Of a stretch of 64,000 nt of DNA, positions 1 through 12,799 are shown piece by piece (positions within the stretch are counted from its first letter, which is position 1; every line of letters begins with the position of its first letter). The stretch comes from Styela clava (taxonomy: Eukaryota), in contig NC_135256.1 in the NCBI RefSeq assembly GCF_964204865.1, positions 8,804,001-8,868,000 of the forward strand. The letters are read 5' to 3'. Both the position numbers and the translations under genes were made by a program. The notes beneath the pieces were generated by a model that was not told the DNA's origin, made no database searches, and was given only the letters and a program-made list of their open reading frames with translations.

Positions 1-199
1 GAGAGACATTCTTATACGGGCGTAGAGGAAACAATTGACCCAGCATGACATGGCAATTGTTTGTAAAGTCAGACATGCTGCTCAAAAGTGTTGCGTCTGT
101 CTGGTTTTGGTTTGCTCTTGGATGCTGTTTTTAGTTGTAAGGTTAGTTGTATTGTAGGGGTTTTATTACGGCCTTGTCCATTTTTGTGTCACCTCTCTA

Positions 200-271
200 A
201 GTCTCTACGGACCGGCAGTAATCTTTCCGCGGACCGGCGATGGGCCGCGGCCCGGTGGTTGCCGACCACTG
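200..271. mobile_element. Right end of a hAT (Charlie-type) MITE
   Basis: GC-rich subterminal region ggaccggc/gggccgcggcccgg ending in the hAT-like terminus gttgccgaccactg. The other end is not identified and the left boundary is approximate. Confidence 0.55.
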
Positions 272-491
272 ACTTAGAACATTGATAAATAAACTTCATA
301 AATCAGGCTTTATTAAACTGCCAGTGAGGCCACAAAAATTTGTATCTTTCGAATACTGATTCTTATACTATATGGGGATCATCGCTGAGTCTCAATAACC
401 AATGACTGCTTATTAAAGCAGCTCGATAAAAGCCAATTTTCTTTTCCACATTGACTTAGCTTGAGTTAAGAATAAAAATCATAAACCATAC

Positions 492-3481
492 TTTATAAAA
501 TCATCTTCAACAAGTTCAGGATCCCATAATCTATGAATATCAAGATCAACAAAAGTCATCAGAAGTCGGACCAATTTTTCACATTCATTTGTCCACTGAA
601 TCTCTGGAAAGCACAGAGTAATAGATTTAGTTTTTATGACACTTTGGTGCAATCCTGATATTGCTACTACGCATTACCACTAATTTTCTGATCGTTTTTC
701 TTTGATCCTGTTCATTTACTAGTTTGGTATAAGATGCTTCTCAAGTCTTCTACTCTGAACAAGGCATATATTACCAGCCAATGATATCTCACGAATCACG
801 ATATGTAAGGACAAAGGAGTTTTTATTTGGAAGGACTGGAGTCTTTCTGATTTGGCCTGGTATACCCAATTTAACGGATCCTGGATGAGGTGGAAAGAAT
901 GATATTTGAACCTCAGATGTGCAATTGATGATGCCAACACAGTTATGTATACGCTTTTAACTGCTGAGCCATTGTCCCACAATTAAGATGGAATAACGAA
1001 AGTACTGAACAACATAAGATAAACAACCTAACTAAATTCATCCTTGCCAAAGATAAAAATAATCGAAGATAATTAATGGCAAATAAGAAATGGATTCAAT
1101 ACCATTTATCCTTGGCCAATAGCTATTTTATTCCATTTGAAAAGCAAATTGGCATAATATTTAGTTTCAACAGTAGGATTTACTATGGTCTGGGTAAAGA
1201 CTGTGGAAAGAAAACTATGAATGTGAATGATGTGATAAAATAATCAAATGATTGGACTTGGAGCCGCTAAAAATGGTTTGGCAATGTCTGTTACAAGATA
1301 CTATAGCAAAATTTTACATACCTTGACTGGTACTTGTCTTATTTTTAGATCCTTTTCCACGCTTTTTGCCAGCATTTACAGAAGCTGAGGCCTCTGTTGA
1401 TTGATTATATTTAGCTTGAAATAATTCTGTCATTTGTACCATCAGATAAATCAACATTTTCAACGCATTCTTGTGATTTAATCGAGCGTCAAGGTCAAGA
1501 GTTGGCGATGCAAGGTTATCTCCTGAGGATCCACTAGAGAGAATATTCCCCAAGAAGTTGCTGTAAGACTTGCAAGCTTAATGAGAAAATTTATTAGAAA
1601 TTATGATTTCATAGAGAAAAAACACTAATTCATAGTAATAGCATCAGAATTCTTAATATAAACCAGCTTTATGAAATAGCATTTAATTTGAATTTTATTC
1701 TCTGGACACCCCTATACCCTACTGCAGGGATCGGCAAAGTTTTGTCGCTTGTGGAGTGTGAACCAAAAATAGGGGTTGCACTGGATATAGCCACTGGATG
1801 GATATCCAGCCCAAGATTAAACATTTTGAAAATGGGAATCACTCATCTGAGTTTTCCGCTTGTTCTTTGTAATGTTCATTTTCGAAAACAATTGTTCGCA
1901 TGCATATGTAGGCTACTTCAAAACATCAATGTGAATTTTTTCACATGGTTGTCATATTTGGATACAGTTTTTCTTCAAGAAGATACTTTTTATAAAAATT
2001 GAGCAGTGATACATATCTCGAATAGAACATAGATTTATTTTCTCATTGCATTGCATCTCAAAAAATATCATTTGAATATTTTCTGCACAATTGAACCCAT
2101 TGCACCTAGCATCAACTTTTCTGCGTTTCGTTGCCACTTGTCTACCACTATAATTAAATTATAGGCTCATTAAACGAGTAATTGTAAATTATATACCTGT
2201 TAAGTTAAAATATAATTCAGTCTACACGTATCTCACAATAATTTATGTTACGTAAAGAATATAATGTTTAAAACAGCCGTTTTGTTAATATAATTTAGTG
2301 GCCGTCGGGGGCCAGATCCGGCCCGTGTGCCGTAGGTAACCAACCCCTACCCTACTTCATACATGTACTTGTAACTTGAGCATATTGTCCAAATATCAGT
2401 TTTACAATGAATTCATAACTTCGGAAACACAACTACAAACTCTGAACAAATAGGTAGCAACAAAGTCACAAAAGGGGCTAATAACGACTACAAAATCTGT
2501 CTTCATGAAAAAAGTGTCTGAGACTGAGTGACTACTGACTACTAAAGTTTAACTGCTATATCACCTTTAACATTTTGCTGATAAGTCAATGTTACAGAAA
2601 TAAACAATTCGATACTTGGGCAAACCTCTACTATTGCTAAGTAAATGAAAAAAAAGAATTTTAAATGAAATTAAAAAAACAAACATTTAGAGTGTATAAA
2701 TTCCTTAACATTCGATAATATACAAAAATACTAAAAACCAAAATCCCACAATACTTTTAAAAAGATTACAAATATTTATTACTTTTGAGTAACATCTCCC
2801 AAGTCTGTTGTCTCACAACTGGATCTATTTCATTGAATTTTGAAACGACACTGTAGATCACATCAAAGTTCTCCAGTACTGCAAGTCCTCCATCTCTTGC
2901 AAAAGCAATTTTTGCATCTAAAAATAAGAATAATTAGTTTCTTCAAGGGTGGTTTTGGATTATTGGTAATCAATATTGATCAGAATAAAAGACCATTACA
3001 CCATTACTACAAAACTTTTAACCGAATTTAATTAATAAAGCAATAAATTGCATAATTTAATTCATGAATTATTTGGAATATTGTTACTTGGAAACTTGTC
3101 ATTTTGAGCCATAAACTCGCCAACTTGTCTACAAGTTGGTTAATTTCAATCACTTAAATATGATATTTACATGCAGGATAAAATAAAAACAGGCTTATTT
3201 GATATTCATACTTGACATGGTCATAAATCATAGTTGTTTTCATATGACACAATTAATAATATATTTAGTTCAATTTTGGTCAAACTAAATTTTCTTTTTT
3301 TATTATTCTTTTGTTTTCAATTCGATCAAACTCTTTTTACAAAATATAAAAAATGATATTCACTTTGTAGTTTTATCGGCAGCATACGACTGGAGAAAAC
3401 TTCTTCAACGACATATTGTGTCGCAGACGGCGTTGAATTTTGTAAGTCTTGAAGATGAAACGGTATAACAAAATTTTTCAT
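492..3481 (-). CDS. NCAPD2: Condensin complex subunit 1 (CAP-D2), first four coding exons; gene continues past the left edge of the window
   Basis: Phase-compatible GT-AG exons 3481-3364 (MKNFVIPFHLQDLQNSTPSATQYVVEEVF), 2917-2783 (AFARDGGLAVLENFDVIYSVV), 1576-1322 (NHKNALKMLIYL...GKKRGK) and 603-492 (IQWTNECEKLVRLL...DLDIHRLWDPELVEDDF). These are collinear with the remembered N-terminus of vertebrate NCAPD2 (QYVVQEV, HFDTIYS, NALKM, LDIRHLW). Confidence 0.9.
1725..2349 (-). mobile_element. Internally deleted hAT (Charlie/Buster-like) element in an NCAPD2 intron
   Basis: Ends cagggatcggcaa...taaccaacccta, flanked by 8-bp ccctactg/ccctactt (7/8 TSD). Carries a relic N-terminus MATKRRKVDARC (2137, -) resembling Buster/GTF2IRD2-type transposases. 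Confidence 0.7.
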
Positions 3482-4216
3482 TTCCTATTATTATAAATAT
3501 AAACCTAGAGAATAAAACAAATAAGATTGTAAAAAAAATGAAATTCAACATAAAAATGCTATGATATAATACTATTATGATGAGTAGTTTCATATAGGCA
3601 AAGTAACAGGCACAGACACGAGAAAAAAACATAATAAGCATGGCTGTATAGAATAAAAAGGCAAATAATAACCACTGGTAGATAGGAATAATGAGTGTTT
3701 ATAGGAAAAACTTGCACAATACATCATGATATTGCTTTCAATGATTAAAATAAATATACAATTAGAAAAAGTACTGGAAATATGAATTGTGATATCGTGA
3801 TCATGGTAAATCATATGAAGTCTGAATTCGGCAAATAAGATTCGAGCTTAATGTGGCCAGGTAATACAAAGGAATAAAATTCAAAAACAAAACAAGCTTT
3901 CATTATTAAATATGAAATATCAAAGATCAGTCATCCACTGAATGAGGATTCTCACAAGAAAAATCTATATAAAAAGACAATCATTTGATTTTGAAAGCAC
4001 ATCAGTTCAGATAAGTAGGGAGAGTCTGAAGACCTATAAATAAAGAGTAAGAAATCTATTGGATTTATAGCTTGTAACATATATGAAATCAGTGCAGATA
4101 AAGTTAAAATGTTTTTGTCTTAAAAAAACTTGTTCGTACGCATTTTTCCACTTACCTATATATCAATATTTTATAATATATTTTCAATATATTTCAATTT
4201 CCAAGGTAAAAAATAG

Positions 4217-5143
4217 TCAAGTTTCAAATTTTTGATGTTTAAATCTGTTGGATTCTGGAATATAATTTTTATCAAAATCAACTAAATCAGGAGATGATTT
4301 ACGTTTGGGTGCAACATACTCCTTTTTTTGGAATTTATATGAATGCGATCTATGGGAGGATATCCCGGAGGGATAGTCAGCTTGGCGACGATGTTTTGTA
4401 TTATTTACATCCTTGGATCCTATTTTTTTGTTCTTTTTTTCTAATTTTGTCGACAGTGAATCCATATTTGAATCTTCTTCTTCATCTGATGCAATAATGA
4501 TAAAATCATGTTCATCTTCATTTTTATTTTCTGAAACGGTTTTTGTGACAATAACAGCACTTTTCGTTTCTGTTTCAATATCCTTCTTCGTTCGGAAAGA
4601 GTTTTGAAACTTAGTGAGTTGTGTTATGTATTGGGTACAACGAATTAATTGTCTATTACAATCCGATCTCAATAATTCATGGAAAATTTTAGTAAAATCC
4701 AGATTTCTTTCATCAGCAATGCTTCGCACAACTTTATAAAAAATTTCAACTTGGGATTCTTCGACAGGATCATGAATAGGAATAATACATAATCTTTTTT
4801 CGGCAAGTTCATTTGAGTCCGGATCGAGATACGATGCCGGCTCTGTTTCTAAATGCATATTTGTAATTCTTCTTATCCTTTCTGCAGTATCAGAATCAAA
4901 AGTAATCCAAATAACGGGACATCCAACTTTGAGATGTGCTTCAATGAGTACAATTCCTCTTGAAGGGATATTGAACTGTATTGCATTCTTATTATATCCT
5001 TTTTGTTCCAATACAGCACTGAAAGATATTGTTTCTTTTGAAAACTGAAGTGGAATATTTCGACGATCTCTTGGAGGAAATGTTTTCAATGTTCCAATTC
5101 TGACAGTGCGAAAAGGTATCATGAACACATGTTCACTTTCCAT
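4217..5143 (-). CDS. Intronless 308-aa protein with a SENP6/SENP7-like pre-catalytic (PH-like) domain and no protease domain
   Basis: Long open ORF. Motifs FRTVRIGTL, PVIWI and YLDPDSNELAEKRLCII resemble the RSVRIGT... domain N-terminal to the catalytic domain of SENP6/7-type SUMO proteases. Acidic/basic low-complexity tail. Confidence 0.6.
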   Translation of the reverse strand: MESEHVFMIPFRTVRIGTLKTFPPRDRRNIPLQFSKETISFSAVLEQKGYNKNAIQFNIPSRGIVLIEAHLKVGCPVIWITFDSDTAERIRRITNMHLETEPASYLDPDSNELAEKRLCIIPIHDPVEESQVEIFYKVVRSIADERNLDFTKIFHELLRSDCNRQLIRCTQYITQLTKFQNSFRTKKDIETETKSAVIVTKTVSENKNEDEHDFIIIASDEEEDSNMDSLSTKLEKKNKKIGSKDVNNTKHRRQADYPSGISSHRSHSYKFQKKEYVAPKRKSSPDLVDFDKNYIPESNRFKHQKFET

Positions 5144-6055
5144 TTTCGATAAAAAAAACAGCTAAACTGATATAGCATTCTGAACAAGAAGTTTACCAAT
5201 AGTAAATGAATTGACTATTAATAACCATGGTAAAATAATACTTGAGAAGCTCAAGTTTTGAAATTCGGGTTGATAGCAAACACGACCTACAGATAATTAC
5301 CTGCTCAACGATCAAAGCAACTTCTTAGTAAGCCTTAGTAGCATTGCATCGCTTGTCATTGCATAACTACTGAACTAGCACAAGAATTACTGGGAGAGAC
5401 ACAAACTTATTTTAGGAACTATTGTTTTTACTGATTGATTTGTTGTAATCATAATCAGCTTGGCGATATCTTTTTATTCATTATTTTTCTTTACTGTTCA
5501 CTCTTGTTTACAAAATCAATACTCAATTTGGCAACCATCAGAAAATTAATAATAATATGGTGTGGCAAGTAATTTTTATTTATTCATTTATTTTTTGTTT
5601 GCTATGTACAAGTATAAGCTTATTGTGATCCCATAATCAGCATTATAAACGATAAAACGTGCATGTGTTTGGTTGTTTTTATCAATTACTTTATCGTCTG
5701 TTATGATGATCATGCGGTCAAACTAAACTTATACTTGATGTACTTGAGAAACAATACTTACATGTTTCGAGCATAAAAAATTCGGAAATATTTTAAAATT
5801 ATGGAGTTCAAATTATAAAACAGCGATGCCCTGTATAGAGATACAGGCTAGTCGGGCTACTGCAGTACATCAGTCAGGCAGTAGCGGTAGACTAAGACGA
5901 GTATTAAAGTTATTTCATAACCATGTGAATATCATATTAACAAAAAGTATTTCATCATTCACAAAATGATTATCTGTTTTTATACAAAATGATGTCTAAA
6001 ATTACAGCAGAACATTCAGACATTGCCATATGTAAAACACAAAACAGACGACATA

Positions 6056-6381
6056 CTGTGTTTCCCCGAAATTACAACAGGGTCACATTTCAATTTTCTT
6101 CTGCAAAATACCTCTAGGGCTTATTTTCGGGGGATTCCTTTTATTTTCATTTACCAAAAACAAAATTAAGTGTAGAGAATTACGAGATTTTCAAATATGA
6201 AAAAAAGATATCTATTTACTTATAAATAACACGTTTTTATTCAAAATGACAGCAGAACATAGATCATCATCAATTCAAACGTGTTCGCGTTATTGAATAA
6301 GTTAGGCCTTATTTAAAAGAGGTGGGCTTATATTAAAATAATTTTAAAATTCAGGCTAGGTTTTATTTTCGGGGAACACTG
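6056..6381. mobile_element. Tc1/mariner (pogo/Tigger-like) MITE
   Basis: TA-flanked inverted ends ctgtgtttccccgaaa...ttttcggggaacactg. The same family occurs at 44067-44434 (shared ctagggcttattttcgggg and aaaattcaggctagg). Confidence 0.75.
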
Positions 6382-6848
6382 TAGTAGGCTTCATTCTGTC
6401 ATTTGAAAATCTGGTATCGGTATAGACTACGTAAACATTATAAGCAAACGCCAAAATTCATCTCTGAAACTCATGAGACATTGAGAACTGGAGAAAGAAA
6501 GTCAAAAAAAATTCTGTCATACCGGTAGCAAAATGCAATTTTCAATATTTAAAATGACATCAAAAAATAATAACACCCTATTTTGAAAAAATGTTTTGGT
6601 TTTTTCTCACGTTGTGGATTATTCAATAATCAAAGAATGTATAAAAATAACAACCATCCAAAATTATTAACAGAAAAGATACATTAACAGCAGCCAGCAA
6701 TTGATTGATTGTATTGTCCATTATATCCAAATTAAGTATCCATGTAGTTCCCACAGTAATTGGCAGTGCATTATTTTTTAATTAACATTTATTATCAAGA
6801 AAAAAATTAAATATGTATTAGTTTCAGTACTTTCACTGAGGTAAAAAT

Positions 6849-7140
6849 TCATAAGTTATTATAACTCATATCAAGTTCTCTTGTGGGACTAGGATGTTGC
6901 CTAAACTTTTCTATATTTCTTCTTGCCATGAGTGACTTCTTAATTTTAATGATTACATTGTTTACAATTCTGCATTTGCAGATTTGGGTTAGCATCTGAA
7001 AAATTACGGCATTCCTTTCTAACCATATTTTGTGTCTAGCAGTGCAAAATAGCAATATTATATCATTGCGTTCAAGGCTGGACAAATGTGAATCCCATCC
7101 AAATTTGATTTGATCCCATTCCCAGAAATAAACATTTGCA
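6849..7140 (-). mobile_element. 5'-truncated non-LTR retrotransposon fragment (ORF2 C-terminus, L1/Tx1-like)
   Basis: ORF with HKIWLERNAVIF, matching the IWxxRNxxxF motif typical of L1/Tx1 ORF2 C-termini. Confidence 0.55.
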
Positions 7141-7160
7141 TAGAAAAATCATGAATGAAT

Positions 7161-7503
7161 CAGTGCGGCGGTGTGGCTCAACGGGCTAAGCGTTAAGAAT
7201 ACGCTCGCCAACGCACCTCTGATTACTCTGCATGAGTTCGCAGGTTCGAATCCCATGCAGGGATGGTTATGTGCGAGAGGATTGCTGGACTCCTCGCCGT
7301 CGTTGGGTGGTTCACGTAACCGCTGGTCGGTTACGGCTTCCTCCACCACCAAGTCCATGCTTTCGAAAACAAACAATATAACTAATCCCATACCCGACTT
7401 GGAATGGTAACCGGACGAGAGGCCGTGGTTCGCCATATGGATAAGCCGTCTTATCGGCTTTCCTCTCCCCCGGGATAAATATGTAAATCCTATCCTATCC
7501 TAT
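7161..7503 (+). mobile_element. tRNA-derived SINE
   Basis: Pol III A box (gtggctcaacggg) and B box (ggttcgaatccc) in a tRNA-like head, ~340 bp long with an (atcct)n tail. A 3' fragment of the same family lies at ~11067-11140 (-). Confidence 0.85.
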
Positions 7504-8557
7504 GAAGGCAAAAAAATTATACATCCACAATGATAAAAAAATAAATAAATACAAACACAAACATATTATCCAATACCCATTTTTACATCGCTAGTCCAAT
7601 TTTAACATTCCATTTCGATTTCGATATTCCAAGTTATGTTGTCCATCGCAAGTCATTTTCCATGTTGTGATTTGTAGAATACCAATTAAAGATTAGATTT
7701 ATTTTAGTTTATGGATTAGGCATACAGGCATGTAAACAAAACATTTTAAAATTAATTTTAAAATTAAAATTAACACGATCAATTCATTCATTCAAACACC
7801 TCCCAGAACGGCTAAATGTCTTTTTGATTCAACCCCAACAACAACCGCAGTAGACTGAAATATCCCGCCTTTTCTGCATTTTATTTCAGCCGAAAAGGAT
7901 TTTTGTTCCTTATCGCCACCTTGTGCTGAATATAAAAAAAAAAAAAAAATCTTAGTACCGAATCTGTTCGAATTCCACTTTAGAATATTCATTGGAGAAA
8001 AATTTATGTATGAATATATATATGTATATTTATGAGAAAAAAAATCTCTTTCTCTCTCTCTTATTAAACAATTACGATATCCATGCTATACCAACTTCTA
8101 AAAAATTGTTGTACAAATTCACAGAAATAAAATAAATGTAGCACAGTTTTGACATCAATCTCCATGTCATCTACTTTATATAATAAATGATTTTCAGATA
8201 TTTTTGGAAAAGCAAATTTAACATGAAAAAGCCGATCATTAAAATAGTTTTTCATATATAGGCCTACATACAGCACTTTAAACTTGAGCAAAAGAATAAA
8301 CACTCGAAAGGGGAATCCCCAAAATATTTGCGCGGGCTTTTATTTTTCCCATGCAGTTATGTGTGAATTAGAATAATTAAATCAGTAAGTAAGTAAGTGT
8401 TTATTTCGATTTCCCAATATAACAAAACAATACATGGCAAAACAAACAAATGTACGGAAAATCAGGAAAGTGGGCAAAATCTAAAAAAGATTTAAGACGT
8501 GCTGGTGCACGTGCCGTGCCCACTTACCCCAAACAGCAAACAACACATTGAAGCAAA

Positions 8558-9157
8558 TTGAAAAAAAAGGTAAAATTTTTGTATTTAAGATTAATATCTC
8601 CTGATGTGGAATCAAAAAAGGTAGTCCTTAATCAAAGATTTATTAATAATTTTGGAATTGAATACTCAAAAGTATCCTGGAATAAAATTAGATATTACGA
8701 TTTACCAAGAAAAACCCAAGACTTTTGTTGGAAAGAGGCAAATTTAGCATTACCAGTAGGTAATTTTTTAAATCAGTGGTTCAGTGATGAGGGTGGGGGT
8801 TGTGTTTTGTGTGATGGAAATATGTGCGAAACAGTATATCATTTATTATGTGAATGTCCCTTTACAAAATGTTTTTGGAATTGGTGCCAACTTGACCGAA
8901 CTGACACAAAATCTGTACTTCTTTTAGACAATATTGACAACGAATACTGTTTATTTTTAATTGGAATCGGTAAATATTGCATCTGGCTACATCGTAATAG
9001 TGTAAAGTATGATAGTTTGGAAAAAAATCAAATTAATTTGAGAATACAGTATAAAAGCATGATCCAAGGTCAAATTAATTGTTTTCAATCATACAAAAAA
9101 GAGAGATACATGCAAAGTATTGTTAGAACATTGCTTGAGAAATCTGTTTCAACTTGA
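8558..9157 (+). mobile_element. 5'-truncated LINE (L1/Tx1-like) ORF2 C-terminus with zf-RVT zinc knuckle
   Basis: CVLC-x5-ETVYHLLCECPFTKCFW and CIWLHRNSVKY motifs. No RT or endonuclease domain upstream. Confidence 0.8.
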
Positions 9158-9719
9158 CTAAATTACCTCAACTATTTATAACTGTATTTAATAGTACTAA
9201 CATTTATTACTTATCGATCTTAAGATTTTCTTAAGTTGAATCTGCTCCAAATTTTGCATGTGCATGCATCATATCTCGGACCAGAAACTATTGATTTTGG
9301 GTTGATTATGTCGTATAATTAGCGAGTTATTAATTATTTTTTTCGGTCGATCGATAAGTCTTCGGTCTCCGACCGATATTCTTGTTTTAAAATTGAAAAG
9401 TTTCATCCATTTAAACTTTCATGTTGGGTGGGTTGAATATCACCCCCTTCAACTGATCAAACATGATCGATAACCTATCTAATTAGTGCAGTAGTGTAAA
9501 TGTTTTTCTATTTCCATGCATACCGTATTATAAAATTAATTATGTACTTACTTAAATGTGCTGAACGAATGGAATGTAATGGATTATTTGACTGGTGGAT
9601 ACATTGGATTGGGGTGAAATATATGAATAATTAAAATTCGGCCAAAATGTGGAAAAATAAAATCTTGGTGACTTCATGCAAATAAATTGAAATCACGTAT
9701 TTGGATAACCAAAAAAAAA

Positions 9720-9853
9720 AAAAAAGGGAACGCGGAAGATAATTCGGGCGTAAATACTTGGGTGTGGATGTGGCAAACAACACATTGAAGTAAATTGAAA
9801 AAAAAGGAACACGAAAGATAATTCGGGCGTAAATACTTGGGTGTGGATGTGGA
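9720..9853. repeat. Two-copy direct repeat (~50-bp core)
   Basis: aagataattcgggcgtaaatacttgggtgtggatgtgg occurs at ~9736 and ~9815. Confidence 0.85.
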
Positions 9854-11066
9854 GTTTTAACATGGAGTGTAATTTCTAATAGGCTATATCTGTACATATA
9901 AATAACGAGAATTGTAGAACATAAACAAACAAGCAGTGCGCAATATGTGGTAAATAATTTGATTACAAACGCACTCAACTAAACAACAAGGATAAAAGCA
10001 CCATGAAAGAAAACAACAACAAACGAAGTAAAATATGACAAGTGCATTGCCCTGGCGTTACAACTTCAGTTTTAATCAAAATTTGCTTAGTGCAGTAGTG
10101 TAAGTAGTCTTTTTTATGCAATCTACCTTCAAATATTCGTTACAATTGACTGTTCATGTTTTTCCCAGCTTCGACCAGTTTTCCATGATAAACTCCACGC
10201 AGGCCAGCAATGCTGGCCCAGCATGATCTGATGCGAACTGATCCATATCGTATCAGTACTGTATCCGACAACATCGTTTTGATTTAAGTTTGTATGTATC
10301 TTCTCAGTAGGGTTTATATTCGTCTAATTTCCAAGTTTTCGTCCAAATATTTCCTACTCCAGTATTCCATCGTTGATATTTTACCCGACGGCGGTCTCAA
10401 CAAGAACAAATAATAGCAGAACAAATAATAGCACGTGTAAATTTATGCATGGGGCGGAGGCATTTGGGTGCATAAATGAGTAGTATGCTTGTATGCCTAA
10501 TCTAATAATTACTAAAATAAATATATTGGTTGAACGGCCAATCACAACATGGGAATTAATTCTAAATGGACTATATGACATGGAATATCAAAATTGAACA
10601 AATGATGTAAATATGAGTAATATGGTTTTCTGTTGTTGTTGTAGCCTATAATCTTTTGTTTTTCTGAATTTTCTATGCAAATGTTTTTTTTTTCTTGGAA
10701 AATGGGTACTAATCTGGATCAAATTCGAACAATAATTGGCAAAAATTGAAATAATAGGCTACATTTGGATAAATCAAAACTATCCTATTCACAAATCCGA
10801 ATTAGAAAAAAAAAATTATTTATTCATTGTCATTCATTTTTCACTCTTCCAGTCTTCAATTCTGCAGTTTCTTCAACACAACTAACTGATTTGATGAAAT
10901 GTTTTTGTTTCCTTGGCCGAAAAGTTTGTTAGTCGGATTGCGATTAGCTCAATCTGTCAATACGCAATAATAGTCATCTGGTAGTACTGGCAGACCGGTA
11001 ACGAAGTTTGCTATTCAACTGGTTCATGCCGATGACTGACGGCTAACAATAGTCTGGAAGTAGACA

Positions 11067-11140
11067 GGATAGGATTTACATAGTTCTGTATTTATCCTTG
11101 GGGAGAGGAAAGTTGGTAAGGTGGACCACGACCTCTTGTT
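11067..11140 (-). mobile_element. 3' fragment of the SINE family seen at 7161-7503
   Basis: ggataggatttacata...tttatcc..ggggagaggaaag is the reverse complement of the SINE tail. Confidence 0.65.
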
Positions 11141-11827
11141 TACTCTTGTGGCATAGAGCAGTACGGCACACTATACAGATCGGTTGACATTGTCTCGATT
11201 CAGGAAAATCCATTTTACCAATGATCAGACACCCCTCCTTTGGGAGACGTCTGGACGTTGTTGTCCCTCAATATCGGTAAAAATACAGTATAATGATATT
11301 GCGCAAAATACTACAAAGAAGCATAATCTAATAACGTCATCATTGAATTCTTCGGGAAAAAATAATCTGATTTACCCAAGAAAAAAAAGCTTGACTTAAG
11401 CTTGATAGAATTCTGGAATTGCTGAATTGTGACACACCTGCACACAGCAATGGAAATACAAACAATACAGTGATGAAGGCGGATACATGGAGATAAACTC
11501 TATTAACCTGGACATTCAAACATTCTTTGTTTTCAAAATCAAATTAATAAATGATGCACCATGCTTCAGCCTCATTTCATACGAAATATTGGTGTAATCT
11601 AAGAATCACATCAACACATATTGACATAGTGATTGATAAGGCAATACTGTTGTAATGCTTCATTTGCCAACCTACATTCTCAGAGTCAGTGGCTTTTCTC
11701 CTCTAAAGTCTGTATAGAAAATTCAATTGGTATGCATGGCATGTGAGTTTAACTTACATACCACACTAATCAAAAAAATTTAATCACCATTTTTTACAGA
11801 TACAATTAGGTCTATATTAAGCAAACA

Positions 11828-12799
11828 ATGCCTCTTCTTCAGGCTGGAATGTGTCCGTTACTGACTGAAAGTATAGTTGCAAAACTAGCTTCTAATGGAG
11901 TAAAAAGAGTATTGGATTTTATTTGTACGGAACCAAGTAAAATTACATCTCAGTGTGAGGTTCAATATAAAACTGTTTTATCGATACGACGTGTATTGCT
12001 TGCTGAATATTCATCATTTCCCTTGAATGGTTTGAATCTATATGAAGAATCAATTGCTACCCTTTCAATTCTTTCAACAAATTGTACAGAGTTGGATGAT
12101 CTTTTATCATCTGGTATATTTACTGGAGAAGTGACTGAAATCTGCGGTTCATCTGCAGCTGGAAAAACACAATTATGCACGGGGCTTGCAATCAATATAG
12201 CTGCCTCGTTAAAGCAAAATGTGATATATATTGACTGCAGCTCTGGTTTTTCCCCAGAAAGGGCTGCTCAAATGATTAAAACAAATTTTGGTGAGACGTT
12301 ATCACATATTAGAGTATGTAAATGCACATCAACTTATCATCTCCTTGACATATTATCAATGATTCGTGGAAATTTAAACTCACATGATACTGGCTTCACC
12401 TTAAGCTTGAAAGCAATTATCATTGATTCCTTATCAGCTGTTTTACTCTCTGATTTGAAAAATTTATCATATGTTGAAGGACAATCTCTGGCAACATCAA
12501 TAAAAAAAGAAATTAATGCCATAGCGAAAGATTTTACTCTAGCTGTTGTAGTTACTACAAACACATATTTTAATATTGATTCTGACTCTTCTCCAAATGC
12601 TGGATTTGGTCATTCGTGGAATTCTGCTGTAGCGACGCGAATATATTTATCCAAATCTAATGTTTTGAAAAATGTAAATGATAATTCAATAGAACATGGA
12701 ATTATACCTATTAAAGTTACTGTGTTCAAATCTCACCATGCAAAAATAGGTGCTAGTATTAACTTACAGTTAACTGAAAAAGGTTTTTGTCCACTATAG
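11828..12799 (+). CDS. RAD51D: DNA repair protein RAD51 homolog 4 (RAD51D), intronless CDS
   Basis: 323-aa RecA-fold ORF with Walker A GSSAAGKT and Walker B IIIDS. The N-terminus MPLLQAGMCPLLTE and RRVLLAEYSSFPLNG are characteristic of RAD51D. Confidence 0.92.
   Translation: MPLLQAGMCPLLTESIVAKLASNGVKRVLDFICTEPSKITSQCEVQYKTVLSIRRVLLAEYSSFPLNGLNLYEESIATLSILSTNCTELDDLLSSGIFTGEVTEICGSSAAGKTQLCTGLAINIAASLKQNVIYIDCSSGFSPERAAQMIKTNFGETLSHIRVCKCTSTYHLLDILSMIRGNLNSHDTGFTLSLKAIIIDSLSAVLLSDLKNLSYVEGQSLATSIKKEINAIAKDFTLAVVVTTNTYFNIDSDSSPNAGFGHSWNSAVATRIYLSKSNVLKNVNDNSIEHGIIPIKVTVFKSHHAKIGASINLQLTEKGFCPL

Noticed and set aside
604-3363. Vertebrate NCAPD2 introns host scaRNAs, so I looked for equivalents here
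   Set aside because: No recognisable box or guide sequence by eye; an Infernal/Rfam scan would be needed.
7161-7260. tRNA-like A/B boxes
   Set aside because: Followed by a ~250-bp body and a simple-repeat tail, with a second partial copy in the window, so it is a SINE rather than a tRNA gene.
9720-9853. Repeat-spacer-repeat pattern superficially like CRISPR
   Set aside because: Only two units, in eukaryotic context with no cas genes; part of a retroelement patchwork.
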